Below are positions 50,440 through 61,788 of a DNA stretch of 64,000 nucleotides, piece after piece; position 1 is the stretch's first letter, and each line of letters starts with the position of its first letter. Where the stretch lies: contig NIVC01002776.1 in assembly GCA_002269645.1 (NCBI GenBank), positions 1 through 64,000 of the forward strand, given 5' to 3'. The position numbers and the translations under genes were made by a program. Origin of the DNA: Macrostomum lignano (taxonomy: Eukaryota). The notes beneath the pieces are model-generated. The model worked only from the letters and a program-made list of their open reading frames with translations, made no database searches and was not told where the DNA came from.

Positions 50440-52474
50440 CTAAGATTTTATTGCTGAAAACCGCGCCTGTTCGTCTGACAAAGCCGCTATCTTTGAGTCC
50501 TTGCTTTCCTGGTTGCCATGGAGACAGCGGGCCGGCGCGATCGGCGGCAGCAGGCCGAAGTCGGAGACCTGGCCGTCCAGGCTGCGGGCGCTGGCGCGAG
50601 CTGCTTCGAGGCGGCGAAGGCGGCGCCGCTCCGCGCCGGCGAGGAGCTCCGCCGCCCGGCCCTCCGGCAGCAGCTGCAGACGCAGGGGCGCCGGCAGGAT
50701 CGGCGCTAGCGGCGGTGGCCGCCCCTGCCGTCCCTCGGTGCTGACCGCTGAAAGTAGAAACCGCGGGATTCCATCAGTGGCTTCAGAATAGGCTCGTAAG
50801 ATCAAAATGATCATCCAGCACGACTGGATTGCAGGTGTCTTCGAGCGTTTGTTCCAGGGGTCGGCGGCAAAATCCGGCCACATGCGGCCCACGAAGTCTC
50901 TCTATCCGGCCTTCGGGTCCTTTAAACTCCACAATCCGGCCCGCCTAAGGTTTTGTCCCTTCTCAGCTCTTCTCTCAGTTCTCTTCTCTCTTCCCTATTC
51001 TCTATTTTCTCTCATCTCCTCTCTCCTCTCATCTCTTGACTCTTCTCTCTTATCGCATCTCCCATCTCGCCTCTCACCTCTAATCTCTTTCTTCTTCTCT
51101 TTCCTCTATTCCAACTCCTTTCCTCCCTCACCCGGCCCTCATGCAGCAATTATCTGAATTCTTTATCTTGCTCTTGAGGTAATAATATTTGCCGACACCT
51201 GATCTATATGAGGGCACATTCTCGAGCCAAAGTCCCCGGGTCCCCGTGTACATGTCTGACGATGCAAGTGTCTGGGCCGCTGTACACCCAGTCAGCAGTG
51301 ACCAAAGGCCCCAAAAATCGCATTGGATTTATTGGTGTTTAGTATTCTGGCATTGCAGTTTCTTATCGCTGAGACTGCAGCAATCAAGGAGTTTTGTACA
51401 CCCAGCCGGAGTAGCACTGCACAACCCTTGCAGCCACATCCCCCAATCAAGCCCCAGGCGCTCACGCGCGCTCTCGCCATCGCCTTTCCGCGCCGCCGTC
51501 ACGGCGCCGGATTCGAGCCGCAGGCGGGCCAGTGCCGACCGCGCCAGCTGCAGCGTCCTGCTGCCGGGGCCCTCCGGCCTCGCCGCCGACCGCACCGCGA
51601 TCGCGTTCCGCTTCTCCAGGTAGGGGAAGGCGGGGCCGCCGCCTTTGCTGTCGCCGTCGCCGCCCCTCGCTTGGAGGCACTCGGCCGCGATGCGCGCCAC
51701 CTCGCGCCGATGCGCCGCCTCAAACGCGCGCATCCGCCTGCGCAGTTGCTCGTCAGCGCAGGCGTTTTGATTTTCAGCGATGCGCCAACTGCGCCACGGG
51801 TGCTGCCTGCCGCCTGCCGGCATGCCTGCATGGTCAGCTCTCAGCCGCCTCTCCCGCTTTTCTTTCGCCTCGGTTTCACTTTTTCATTGGAGATGCGACC
51901 GGCCCACTTGTGCTCAGCGGCCCCCGGCCTCCCCCCCCCCCGGCCTGTCACTGGCTGCTTTGAGCACAGGCGAGTAGGGGGATCGTAAATCCAAAGATGT
52001 TTGGCATTTCAAATTCAGATTCTATTTATTCTTATAGAAGTTTGGATCCGACTGCTTATTAAAAAAGATTTCTCTATCCCTGCGATACGAAAGTACTCAA
52101 TGCTGATCGGCTGAGCATTGATTGGCGAGGAGTCCGCAACAAAGAAGGCATTGTGTTCCCGACTTATTCACCCTGCTGCTGGAAAATTGATTGGTCAGTT
52201 TATTTTTTACCTTGAAGCTTACCGCATAGAGCGTAAAAGTACATTTATTTTATTACAAAAATCATGTAGAATCCATTTTAAAAAGGCTCTCAAAACGAAC
52301 ATAATCATACTTATAGGACTGGCAAGTCGTGACCAAGTGACCAAGCGGTCTAAAGTGCAGCGCTCTGCCGCCAGATCCATGACAGCCATGACAAACATTA
52401 AACGGCTCTCAGCGCCTGAGTCGAGTGCTTGAGACTCACATAGGCGGAGAAGTTTGCTCGTTAGGTGTTGACAT
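50440..52474 (-). CDS. Unidentified multi-exon gene (approximate): exon fragments ~52474-52440, ~51800-51430, 50747-50440
   Basis: GC-rich coding-like blocks (EQLRRRMRAFEAAHRREVARI; AERRRLRRLEAAR). Donor at 52439 and acceptor ending 50748. Full structure unresolved. Confidence 0.4.
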
Positions 52475-52837
52475 TGCGCCTTCTGCAGGGTCCTCCGATG
52501 CGATGCAGACGGCACAGGGACTCCTGACTGTTGACTCTCTCTCCTGTGTCTCTGTGTTTGGCCCCCATGCGCCCGCGGGCCTCGAATTTTCGAGCCCCTG
52601 TTGTGCGCCGCTTCGATCTAACACGGTCAAGTAATTCGAACTTTTTAGACCCGAGTTTTCTAGCAATCGTTTGCCTATACGAAACTGGTGTAAATATATT
52701 TAATCTGACTGTCAATGCCGTATGGGACTTTCATGCGGGAGTCAAGTGGGAACTTTCAATCGATAAATTCTTGTTTGCCGTTAGAACGCAGCTGAACCGG
52801 CCATTTTGCATCAACATGTGAGCGAGTGGCAATTGAA

Positions 52838-53042
52838 GCTGAGCTGCAGTTCACTCTGCTGTGATTGGGGAGCAGCTCTGAGCTGCAGTTCACCCTGCTG
52901 TGATTGGGCAGCAGCTCTGAGCTGCAGTTCACCCTGCTGTGATTGGGCAGCAGCTCTGAGCTGCAGTCCACTCTGCTGTGATTGGGCAGCAGCTCTGAGC
53001 TGCAGTTCACCCTGCTGTGATTGGGCAGCAGCTCTGAGCTGT
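52838..53042. repeat. Second copy of the 39-bp minisatellite, ~5 units
   Basis: Same unit and orientation as 46930-47905. Confidence 0.95.
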
Positions 53043-53234
53043 GAGAGAAACACAAGGCTGAAGTTGCAAGCTTCCCTTTGCAAGCTTGTATTTCGCAGCA
53101 GTCAGCTTAGTTAATAAGACAGAGGCTTAAGCTACAGATAGTCGGCAGAGAAAGTTTGAAACAGATATCAGACAGGTGCTTTTTAAACTGTGAATCAAAT
53201 GTCACTGCGCCGGGTCAGGCGGATCAATTCTCTT

Positions 53235-54110
53235 TCATTCAGTCCCCGTGGCAACCAGCGGCTCGTCCAGCGGCACCTCCAGCCGCAGGTGCAGGCGGTT
53301 GCCGCGCACGAACTGGCCGCCGTTCTCCAGCCGGCTCAGCTCCATGAAGTTGCGCACGCCAAACCAGGGGCTCTGGCCGCCGGCGGGCCGCCGCAGGTAG
53401 GACCGGTTGAAGTTGCCCTCCAACCGGCCCGGGATCAGCACCCGGCTGTGGTGGCGGCCGGCACCGCTCAGGTCCAGGGCGGTGATGTACAGCCGCTTGT
53501 TGAAGGGCCACTCCAGCAGGCTGTCGAACTCGCCGGGCAGGAAGCAGACAAACACGGAGAGGCAGCGGCCGCGGACTGCGGATCGAGGGGAGGGGGTTGT
53601 AAATCAATGAACCAATAAATAAATAAATAATTAAATCAACCAATCAATCAATCTACCAATCAAAAAGTCACATCAACCCAGCAGATAATCAGCTTCTGTC
53701 GCACCTGCGGATTCCCCGAACAGGCAGGCGGACATCCGCATCACGTAGCTGTACGGGGCCAGGCGGAAGGGCTCGCTGACCAGCCTCTCCTGCTGCCCGG
53801 CCCTGGCCTGACTGAAGCTGCGCCCGAAATTGTCGATGCACCAAACGAAAGACGGCAGCGCCGCCTGCAGCTCAAATCTGTGAGTCGCCTCCTCGATGCC
53901 CGCCACACGGCTGCTGAGCGACTGCAGCGCCGACTGGTGCGACGTCAGGCACCGGTTGACTTCCAGCAGAGCGTCGGCCGCGGCTAAAATCTGCTCCGCC
54001 TGCTGCTCCGCCTGCTGCTCCGCCTGCTGCTCCGCCTGCTGCTCCGCCTGCTGCTCCTTTGCCGAGCTGCAGTCGCTGGCGGAGATGGTGGACTTTCCAG
54101 CCTTCTTCAT
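53235..54110 (-). CDS. TRAF-like MATH-domain protein; exons 54114/54110-53705 and 53575-53235
   Basis: FVWCIDNF...LVSEPF...YVM, CLSVFVCFLPGEFDSLLEWPF and FVRGNRLHLRLEV follow the TRAF-C/MATH pattern. A coiled-coil with (AEQQ)x5 precedes it. Confidence 0.85.
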
Positions 54111-54676
54111 CTCGCTTTGATAAAACAATGATTCTGAGAGCTTTCTAGCAATGAAGATACAAACAACTGACTAGAAGGATACCCTAGCAGTACGCTTCAT
54201 TTCAGCTTATTTCACTTATTTGTAAATCGCCAGCGATTTGTTCAACGCCAGATATCAAATCCCAACCAATCAGATGAGAAGCTACATATCCTACTGTACG
54301 AGTATTCGGGAGTATTAGGGCTTGTTAATAGATTGCATTCATCAGCGATTGAAGCAAGTACATTAATTTCCTTTAACTTAATGTATATTAACTTTACAAT
54401 ATTTCATAGGTCGAGATTTCACAAGTTTGAAATTTCATACTCTTTTTCATTTTCATTTTCACACAAATTTCATACGAATTTGTTGAAGCTGTGTGCTGGA
54501 GAAAGTGACTTGCAAATTAATGAAGGCTTTTCGAACATTGTGGAAGCAATGTTTTGATTTAAGTAATAATCTGCAATATATCGTGACACCTTTAGAATTA
54601 TAGTTCTAATTAAGTAGGTATGGCAACTACCATTGAAGTTTTTAAATCGAGACGACTAAAAGAAAGGCTTACATTT

Positions 54677-54831
54677 TTATCTAAGTTTGTCGTTTGTCAA
54701 GTCCTGTACAGACACCCGCATGCACAGCATGTCGTCTGACACCATTCTAACCTGCACAGACGAGACATTGGGAGGAAACTCAAACTTGTAATAATTCGGC
54801 TGCGATAGAGACACGAGGGCCGATCTGAAAT
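54677..54831 (-). CDS. Possible terminal exon of a second MATH-like gene
   Basis: Acceptor CTGTAG, then DFRS...MVSDDMLCMRVSV, which resembles the MATH C-terminal yv.dD.l.i.v.V strand. Upstream exons not found. Confidence 0.3.
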
Positions 54832-56171
54832 CTACAGTTTTATTTTTTCCTTTTTTACAATGCAGTACACGTAAATTTGGGACCATGCAACTAAGCAGTT
54901 TTTAATTGTTGTCTTTGGTGCAGACTCCTGCAATAGGCAGTAATTTGTGATTTAAATTTTGAGGACCCAAATTTTCTGATGACTACGGGCTCAGAATTTT
55001 TTACAAACCCTTTAGAACTTTTTCGATTGTGTCGCAGGCTTACGTAAAATTAATAGTTCTCGCAAATTTTTATAAGTTCGGATTGTCAATTGTCATGGAC
55101 AACTGGAATTGAATACTACAATCAATTTTCCTGGAATTGTACCATTAGAACAGTACATTTAGTATGCTCAATAAACGCATAGCATGAAGGGGGTTTAGAT
55201 ATCAACCATAAATAAAATTGATTCAGAAAAATCCGCACTATAGAAAAATGTTTGATTTCTTGAGAGTTCGTCACAAAAGCGGGTAAGTTACACCAAAAGA
55301 TTAGCATTTATTCGGTTCTTAGTCAATTAATTGCATCGCGAAGACAGATATTTTAAGAATAAAATTATCTCCGCTTATGGGGCGAGTGGGATAAACTTTT
55401 TTTTCAACGGGGCCAATGGCATTTGTTCAAATCAATTTTAAACAAATTGATTTAACATATTCTTGATTTCAGCAATGTTTAGGAGTAGAAGAAGATTTTT
55501 AGTAATTATGTACTTATAATAAAACATAATATAATAATTAAAAAGACTCTTACGAAAACTCTCTCTGGCTTGTATGAGTAATTTCTAAATCGCAATAGAT
55601 TCTATTTATTGCCTGTCACTGGTATCAGCACAGCCCACAGCACAGGTGAATCCTAAGTTTTGTCAAATTTACTGACAATTTTTAATGTCTGTTCGTCTAA
55701 ATATCTGTCGAGAAACCCACCTATTATTGCTGTTGTTTCTCATACAACACAGCTATATCCTTCTGTATATGTCACTATAGCTAGTCAAGCCATGCTGCAT
55801 CTGCATTGTCATACTCGGCATAGGGGAAATTTTTTGGATGCCGGATGCATAGGCCATCTTCTGAATGCTTATTGTGGTTCCATTTCTTAAAGGTTTAAGC
55901 TTTAGCTTATGACAAACTTATATAATTCAGACTTTGTTTATGGAAGTTTGGTTCTGAATGGTTCATCTCCATGTCATTATTTTAGTATATTTTATAATTT
56001 ATTTTTATTTTTGTTCCTATTATTCCAATATCTCATTCTGATGGTCAAAATAATGTGACTGCACAATTTTGTAGTAGCAAGTCTTTTCTTTATATCAGTT
56101 TTTAACATTTATTAAAATAAACAAAATAAAAAAGTTATGGATAAAATATAATAGTAGGGTGTCTAGTCCAG

Positions 56172-56812
56172 TAGTGTTCTGCCATAGCCGTAGCTACGGC
56201 TATGGGATCCTATGGCAAATATGGTAAAATAGGTGCCTATGGCAGCTACGGATATGCCTATGGTAGCTAGCTGCTCTTATGGCTACGACTACGGAAATAT
56301 AGTAGTTGCTGTCACATTTTGTAGATTCCTATAGCCATAGTTATTAATGTAAAAATTGAAAAAATATTAGAAACAGGTAGAGTAAAACAAAGATAAATTT
56401 AGTAAACTGTATTATCAACCTAGAAACTTATAAAATATACCTAAAAAAGTATAATAAAACACTAGCAAACTCTAATTTTTATTAATGAGAAAAAGTTTAG
56501 TGTTAGTACTTTCAATAACAACTAAGTATTGTTGCTTTGAAAAAAGACGAAATGTAATCTTAGAAAGACAATTAAGTGTTTCTTTTTTTCTAATTTAATT
56601 TGCAGTTGTTTAAGCACTAGGTTATTTTCTTGATTCAAAATATTTTGTTTTTTTAGACTTTTTGTTAAAACTATGGCTAAGGCTATGGTAACTACGGGAA
56701 TATGGTAATTTTGGGGTCCCTACGGCTACAGAATACAGAGAACTGGAATAAGCCATAGTTTTGCTTATGGCTACGGCTACGGTACATGGACCCTCCTTAT
56801 GGTAGAACACTA
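56172..56812. mobile_element. Non-autonomous hAT-type element (MITE), 641 bp
   Basis: TIRs TAGTGTTCTGCCATAG / TTATGGTAGAACACTA. Imperfect 8-bp TSD TAGTCCAG / GTGTCCAG. Subterminal GCCATAGCCGTAGC / GCTACGGCTA motifs. Confidence 0.8.
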
Positions 56813-57249
56813 GTGTCCAGTAAAAAATTTTTTCAAAATTGTATTTTTAACCATGCTATGTTATAGCCCTAGATGTTATGAGTGAAATGACACCAAACTT
56901 TTGAAAATTAATCAAGTAATAAAAAAGTTATGAAATTTTTCATTAAAAAAATGGCTTTTTTTCCCTATCTTAAATAGGCCTACACTAAAAACTATGCCAT
57001 TTTATTATTAATAATAACTTTATTTATTATTTTTAGACAGCTTATATTTGTACTTAATTAAATAAGCTTGATTCTTTTGGCTAGGCTTAATTAAATAAGA
57101 AATAAAATAAATATATATTCATATAAATGGTATTATGTTAGTCTGTTTAATATGTATATTATATATTATTATTATTTATTTAGAAAATATTAAATTTATA
57201 TCATTTTTGCAGCCCATTTGGACTTAATTTAACCTAAGAAAAGCAAGCA

Positions 57250-57810
57250 AGAAAAGCATTGAATTTAATCTAAGATATGTTTGCCAATGTAACAGAGCTT
57301 TTGTCTATAGTAGCAAGGCTAGTACAATAGCATATAATTTGGTTCAACAAGCATCAACTTAGTCCAAATGCTTGTGAGCCATTAGAGAAGCTCTTGCCTA
57401 CTCACAACTGTCTGTAGGTTGCTATATACCATTAGAATGTCAGCATCTCTAATAATAATTTCTGTCACTTTCTAGAGCTCTGCTCATCAAAATCTGATAA
57501 CCTACTGGAACTACTCCTTCAACTTCTGCTACATTTTCTATAATATCAACAAAGGGTTCATCTTAATTGCATTGATTAGCAGTTGGAATTGAGGCTCTCA
57601 AGCAACTTGCCTTTGAGGATTGCCATCCTTTTGTAGGCAATCTCTGTTGGCAGAGTTTCAATGCACTGATGGATATTATAAACCATCTTTTCTTATATTC
57701 AGCAGCTTTGCTATGTCTATTGGGTGTTTGCCTCTGTTGAGTGCTTCAATCACAAGCCAATGGCATTTGTTCAATAGCCTAGCATTTGGTCCATAATTCT
57801 GGGACTGCTC
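57250..57810 (-). pseudogene. Decayed Tc1/mariner-like transposase N-terminus
   Basis: VIEALNRGKHPIDIAKLLNIRK (HTH-like), INAIKMNP and AHKHLD*...C* resemble Tc1 WArxHlxW...W. Many stops. Confidence 0.5.
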
Positions 57811-58138
57811 TTGCTCCTCCATAGCAGTTGCAAATATAGCTATGAACCAAATTGAATGCTGCTATGCCAGCCTTGCTACCATAGACAAAAGCTATAGTAG
57901 TAGACTAGTAGCAGTAGTGGTAGAGCTCTTAGTAAAAGTTCTTAATTAGGTATAATACCATATGTGTGATATAATATAGGTAAAGATTAGTGACCAGTTG
58001 ACAAAAAACTACCAATAATTCCTAGATCAACCTCAAAGGTTTCATTTAAATTTGAATTAAATTGACCAAATTATCCTTTTATCATGTACATTGTGTGCAT
58101 AATATGTGCAATGTTTCTCTCATGCCCAGCCAGCCGCC

Positions 58139-58567
58139 ATGATCCGCTTCATCTTGATCCAGAACCGGGCTGGCAAGACCCGCCTGGCCAAGTGGTACAT
58201 GCACTTCGAGGATGAGGAGAAGCAGAAGCTCATAGAGGAGGTGCACGCCACCGTCACAGTCCGCGACGCCAAGCACACCAACTTTGTTGAATTCCGAAAT
58301 TACAAAATCATCTACAGGCGCTACGCCGGTCTCTACTTCTGCATCTGCGTTGACATCGGCGACAACAACCTCATGTACCTGGAGGCCATACACAACTTTG
58401 TTGAAGTGCTCAACGAATACTTTCACAACGTTTGCGAACTGGACTTGGTGTTCAACTTCTACAAGGTGTACACCGTGGTAGACGAGATGTTTCTGGCTGG
58501 AGAGATCCGAGAGACCAGCCAGACCAAAGTGCTGCGCCAGCTGATGATGCTGTCAACCTTGGAGTGA
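58139..58567 (+). CDS. AP2S1: AP-2 complex subunit sigma (142 aa, no introns in the CDS)
   Basis: [20 protein letters not shown]...[33 protein letters not shown] is near-identical to AP2S1. Confidence 0.98.
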   Translation: MIRFILIQNRAGKTRLAKWYMHFEDEEKQKLIEEVHATVTVRDAKHTNFVEFRNYKIIYRRYAGLYFCICVDIGDNNLMYLEAIHNFVEVLNEYFHNVCELDLVFNFYKVYTVVDEMFLAGEIRETSQTKVLRQLMMLSTLE

Positions 58568-58734
58568 CAAATGGCTCGTCCAAAAATCCAGAGACTGTGC
58601 TTTATAACAGTTGTTGACTTTGTTATAAAATATTCCATTGATACAGTTTTCATTATCGAATTATGGTATCATAAAATCAATGAATTTTAATAGTTTACCT
58701 ATACAAGTTTTCTGATCAATTAGTTATTAGAAGA

Positions 58735-59530
58735 GTTGCGGTGACTCCCTGAAGGATCTGGGGGCAGGAGTTGCGGTGACTCCCTGAAGGATCTGGGGGC
58801 AGGAGTTGCGGTGACTCCCTTGAAGGATATGAGGGGAGGAGCGGCGGTGACCCGCTGAAGGATCTGAGGGGGGGGGGAGCAGCGGTGACCCGCTGAAGGA
58901 TCTGAGGGGGGGGAGCAGCGGTGACTCGCTGAAGGATCTGAGGGGGGGAGCGGCGGTGACCCGCTGAAGGATCTGAGGGGGGAGCGGCGGTGACCCGCTG
59001 AAGGATCTGAGGGGGGAGCGGCGGTGACCCGCTGAAGGATCTGAGGGGGGAGCGGCGGTGACCCGCTGAAGGATCTGAGGGGGGAGCGGCGGTGACCCGC
59101 TGAAGGATCTGAGGGGGGAGCGGCGGTGACCCGCTGAAGGATCTGAGGGGGGGGGAGCAGCGGTGACCCGCTGAAGGATCTGAGGGGGGGAGCAGCGGTG
59201 ACCCGCTGAAGGATCTGAGGGGGGAGCGGCGGTGACCCGCTGAAGGATCTGAGGGGGGAGCAGCGGTGACCCGCTGAAGGATCTGAGGGGGGGAGCGGCG
59301 GTGACCCGCTGAAGGATCTGAGGGGGGGAGCGGCGGTGACCCGCTGAAGGATCTGAGGGGGGGAGCAGCCTGACCCGCTGAAGGATCTGAGGGGGGGAGC
59401 GGCGGTGACCCGCTGAAGGATCTGAGGGGGGAGCGGCGGTGACCCGCTGAAGGATCTGAGGGGGGAGCGGCGGTGACCCGCTGAAGGATCTGAGGGCAGG
59501 AGCTGCGGTGACCCACTGAAGGATCTGAGG
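58735..59530. repeat. ~33-35-bp minisatellite (GCGGCGGTGACCCGCTGAAGGATCTGAGGGGGGA)
   Basis: Visible tandem units with a variable G-run. Confidence 0.95.
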
Positions 59531-60089
59531 GAGCGATAAGCACAAAAAGGTTGCACATTGTATTTCCTTTTTATTTAGTGGGTTTTCTGTAATAGTTCTA
59601 ATCTCTGTTCCGCAAATCTCAAGAAATTGAGCTGTTACAGCTGAACAGGCCTTTTGTTCAAACACCATTTTTAACGCGTTGTTTTGGAGCATTTTATTTA
59701 GCGCACTGATAATGCGCGCATTAGTCTACTTAGTACACGCAAGTAGCATTCGTAGCATATAAAAGTCGAAAATTTTGGTGAGCCTAAAATTTTCAAATTG
59801 TTTGCTTTAATTAGGTCCCTTGTGTATCATTTTTTTAGCTGTTATTAAATTAGCAAGTTGTATCTGAATGCTCATAGTGGCATCCGCTTTGCTGCATGTT
59901 GTATTGTTTGATTCTGTTTGATGTCTTTTGCCCCTGAATCTGCAAATGCATCTATTTAATACTTATCATCACATTTTGAATCTCTGCTAAACTGATTGAC
60001 TACACAATTTTCTCTATTAAGGTCATGCAATCAGAAAATATTTAATGGCATTTTGCTTCCTATTTACTTTCAACATAATTGATTTTTCC

Positions 60090-60872
60090 TCGATAGCTCA
60101 GGGTGTTTCCTTGCTAGCTCAGGGTGTTTACTTGATAGATCAGGGTGTTTCCTTAATAGATCAGAGTGTTTCCTTGATAGCTCAGGGTGTTTCCTTGATA
60201 GATCAGGGTGTTTCCTTGATAGATCAGGGTGTTTCCTTAATAGATCAGAGTGTTTCCTTGATAGATCAGGGTGTTTCCTTGATAGACCAGAGTGTTTCCT
60301 TGATAGATCAGGGTGTTTCCTTAATAGATCAGAGTGTTTCCTTGATAGATCAGGGTGTTTCCTTGATAGATCAGGGTGTTTCCTTAATAGATCAGAGTGT
60401 TTCCTTGATAGATCAGGGTGTTTCCTTGATAGCTCAGGGTGTTTCCTTGATAGATCAGGGTGTTTCCTTAATAGATCAGAGTGTTTCCTTGATAGATCAG
60501 GGTGTTTCCTTGCTAGATCAGGGTGTTTCCTTAATAGATCAGAGTGTTTCCTTGATAGATCAGGGTGTTTCCTTGATAGCTCAGGGTGTTTCCTTGATAG
60601 ATCAGGGTGTTTCCTTAATAGATCAGGGTGTTTCCTTAATAGATCAGAGTGTTTCCTTGATAGATCAGGGTGTTTCCTTGATAGCTCAGGGTGTTTCCTT
60701 GATAGATCAGGGTGTTTCCTTGATAGCTCAGAGTGTTTCCTTGCTAGCTCAGGGTGTTTCATTGATAGATCAGGGTGTCTCCTTGATAGATCAGGGTGTC
60801 TCCTTGATAGATCAGGGTGTTTCCTTGATAGATCAGGGTGTTTCCTTGCTAGATCAGGGTGTTTCCTTGATA
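60090..60872. repeat. 21-bp minisatellite (GATAGATCAGGGTGTTTCCTT), ~37 copies
   Basis: Visible tandem units. Confidence 0.97.
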
Positions 60873-61788
60873 GATGGGGTTTGGTAAAAGTACTTGCGCG
60901 CCAAAGCAGTTGTGAAAGTCTGTAGAAAGTTAAACTATTCTTTTTTGCGACTAGCCTAAAAAAGATGCTGTGCTGTTAAAAGATGCAGCAGTAGCTAAAT
61001 TCCTAGACAAAGTTTTCTTTCTCAAATCGAGACTGCGCTGTGCGCAAAAGATGCTGCGCCTGCTTCTGATAACAGCGGGCGCAAGAAACGCGAACTTTTA
61101 AAGCGCGAATCGCTGTTTCAGTCGAGTACTAGCAAACTCTGCGAGCTGACATCCACGCTTCAGTGCTTGGTGATCTCCTGTTCCCGCGAAACCTGATCGG
61201 TTAATTGTCCTGGCCCGCCTTAAGCCAGGCAATCGGCCTCTGCAATTTGAGCTGGCTGAAGGAAAGCTTGTCGCAACAGTTTATGCTGTGCTGTTTGCCA
61301 AGTAATTGTGGAGCAATGGAATGCACCCATATTTTTACTGCGTTGGGAGAATTCAAACGTTTATAAAAAACATTGAAAAGTCGCCGCCCAGTGAGCAGTG
61401 TCTTTCGACCAGCGACCATCACCTGGCCAACCATTTTGATATTAAAAAATGCTTGAAAAAACAATGAAATCCGGGCGGAAGCTTCAATCCATCCAATCTT
61501 CGTCCTCCGCTCTTCCCAATCCCTCCTCATCCAGTTGCGTCACTCAAAAGTCAACACTGCATGAGCTAGAATTTACTGGGCACTCTCAAAGGTGGCGACT
61601 CAAAGGATACCCAAGCCGCCAAAATATTACACTCTCGTTGAAACAATTTGCAGACTCTCTTCTTAAGTCTTAGCAGAAAAATAACACAATTGATTTTCTA
61701 CCATAGCACTACTGAATACTGAATAGTTTAAGCTGAATAATTATTGAGTTTTTAACAAGTTTGTCACCGACTCCGATGCCCGCTCCTC

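Noticed and set aside
59710-59723. Perfect 14-bp palindrome TAATGCGCGCATTA
   Set aside because: A single short palindrome with no supporting context; could occur by chance in 64 kb.
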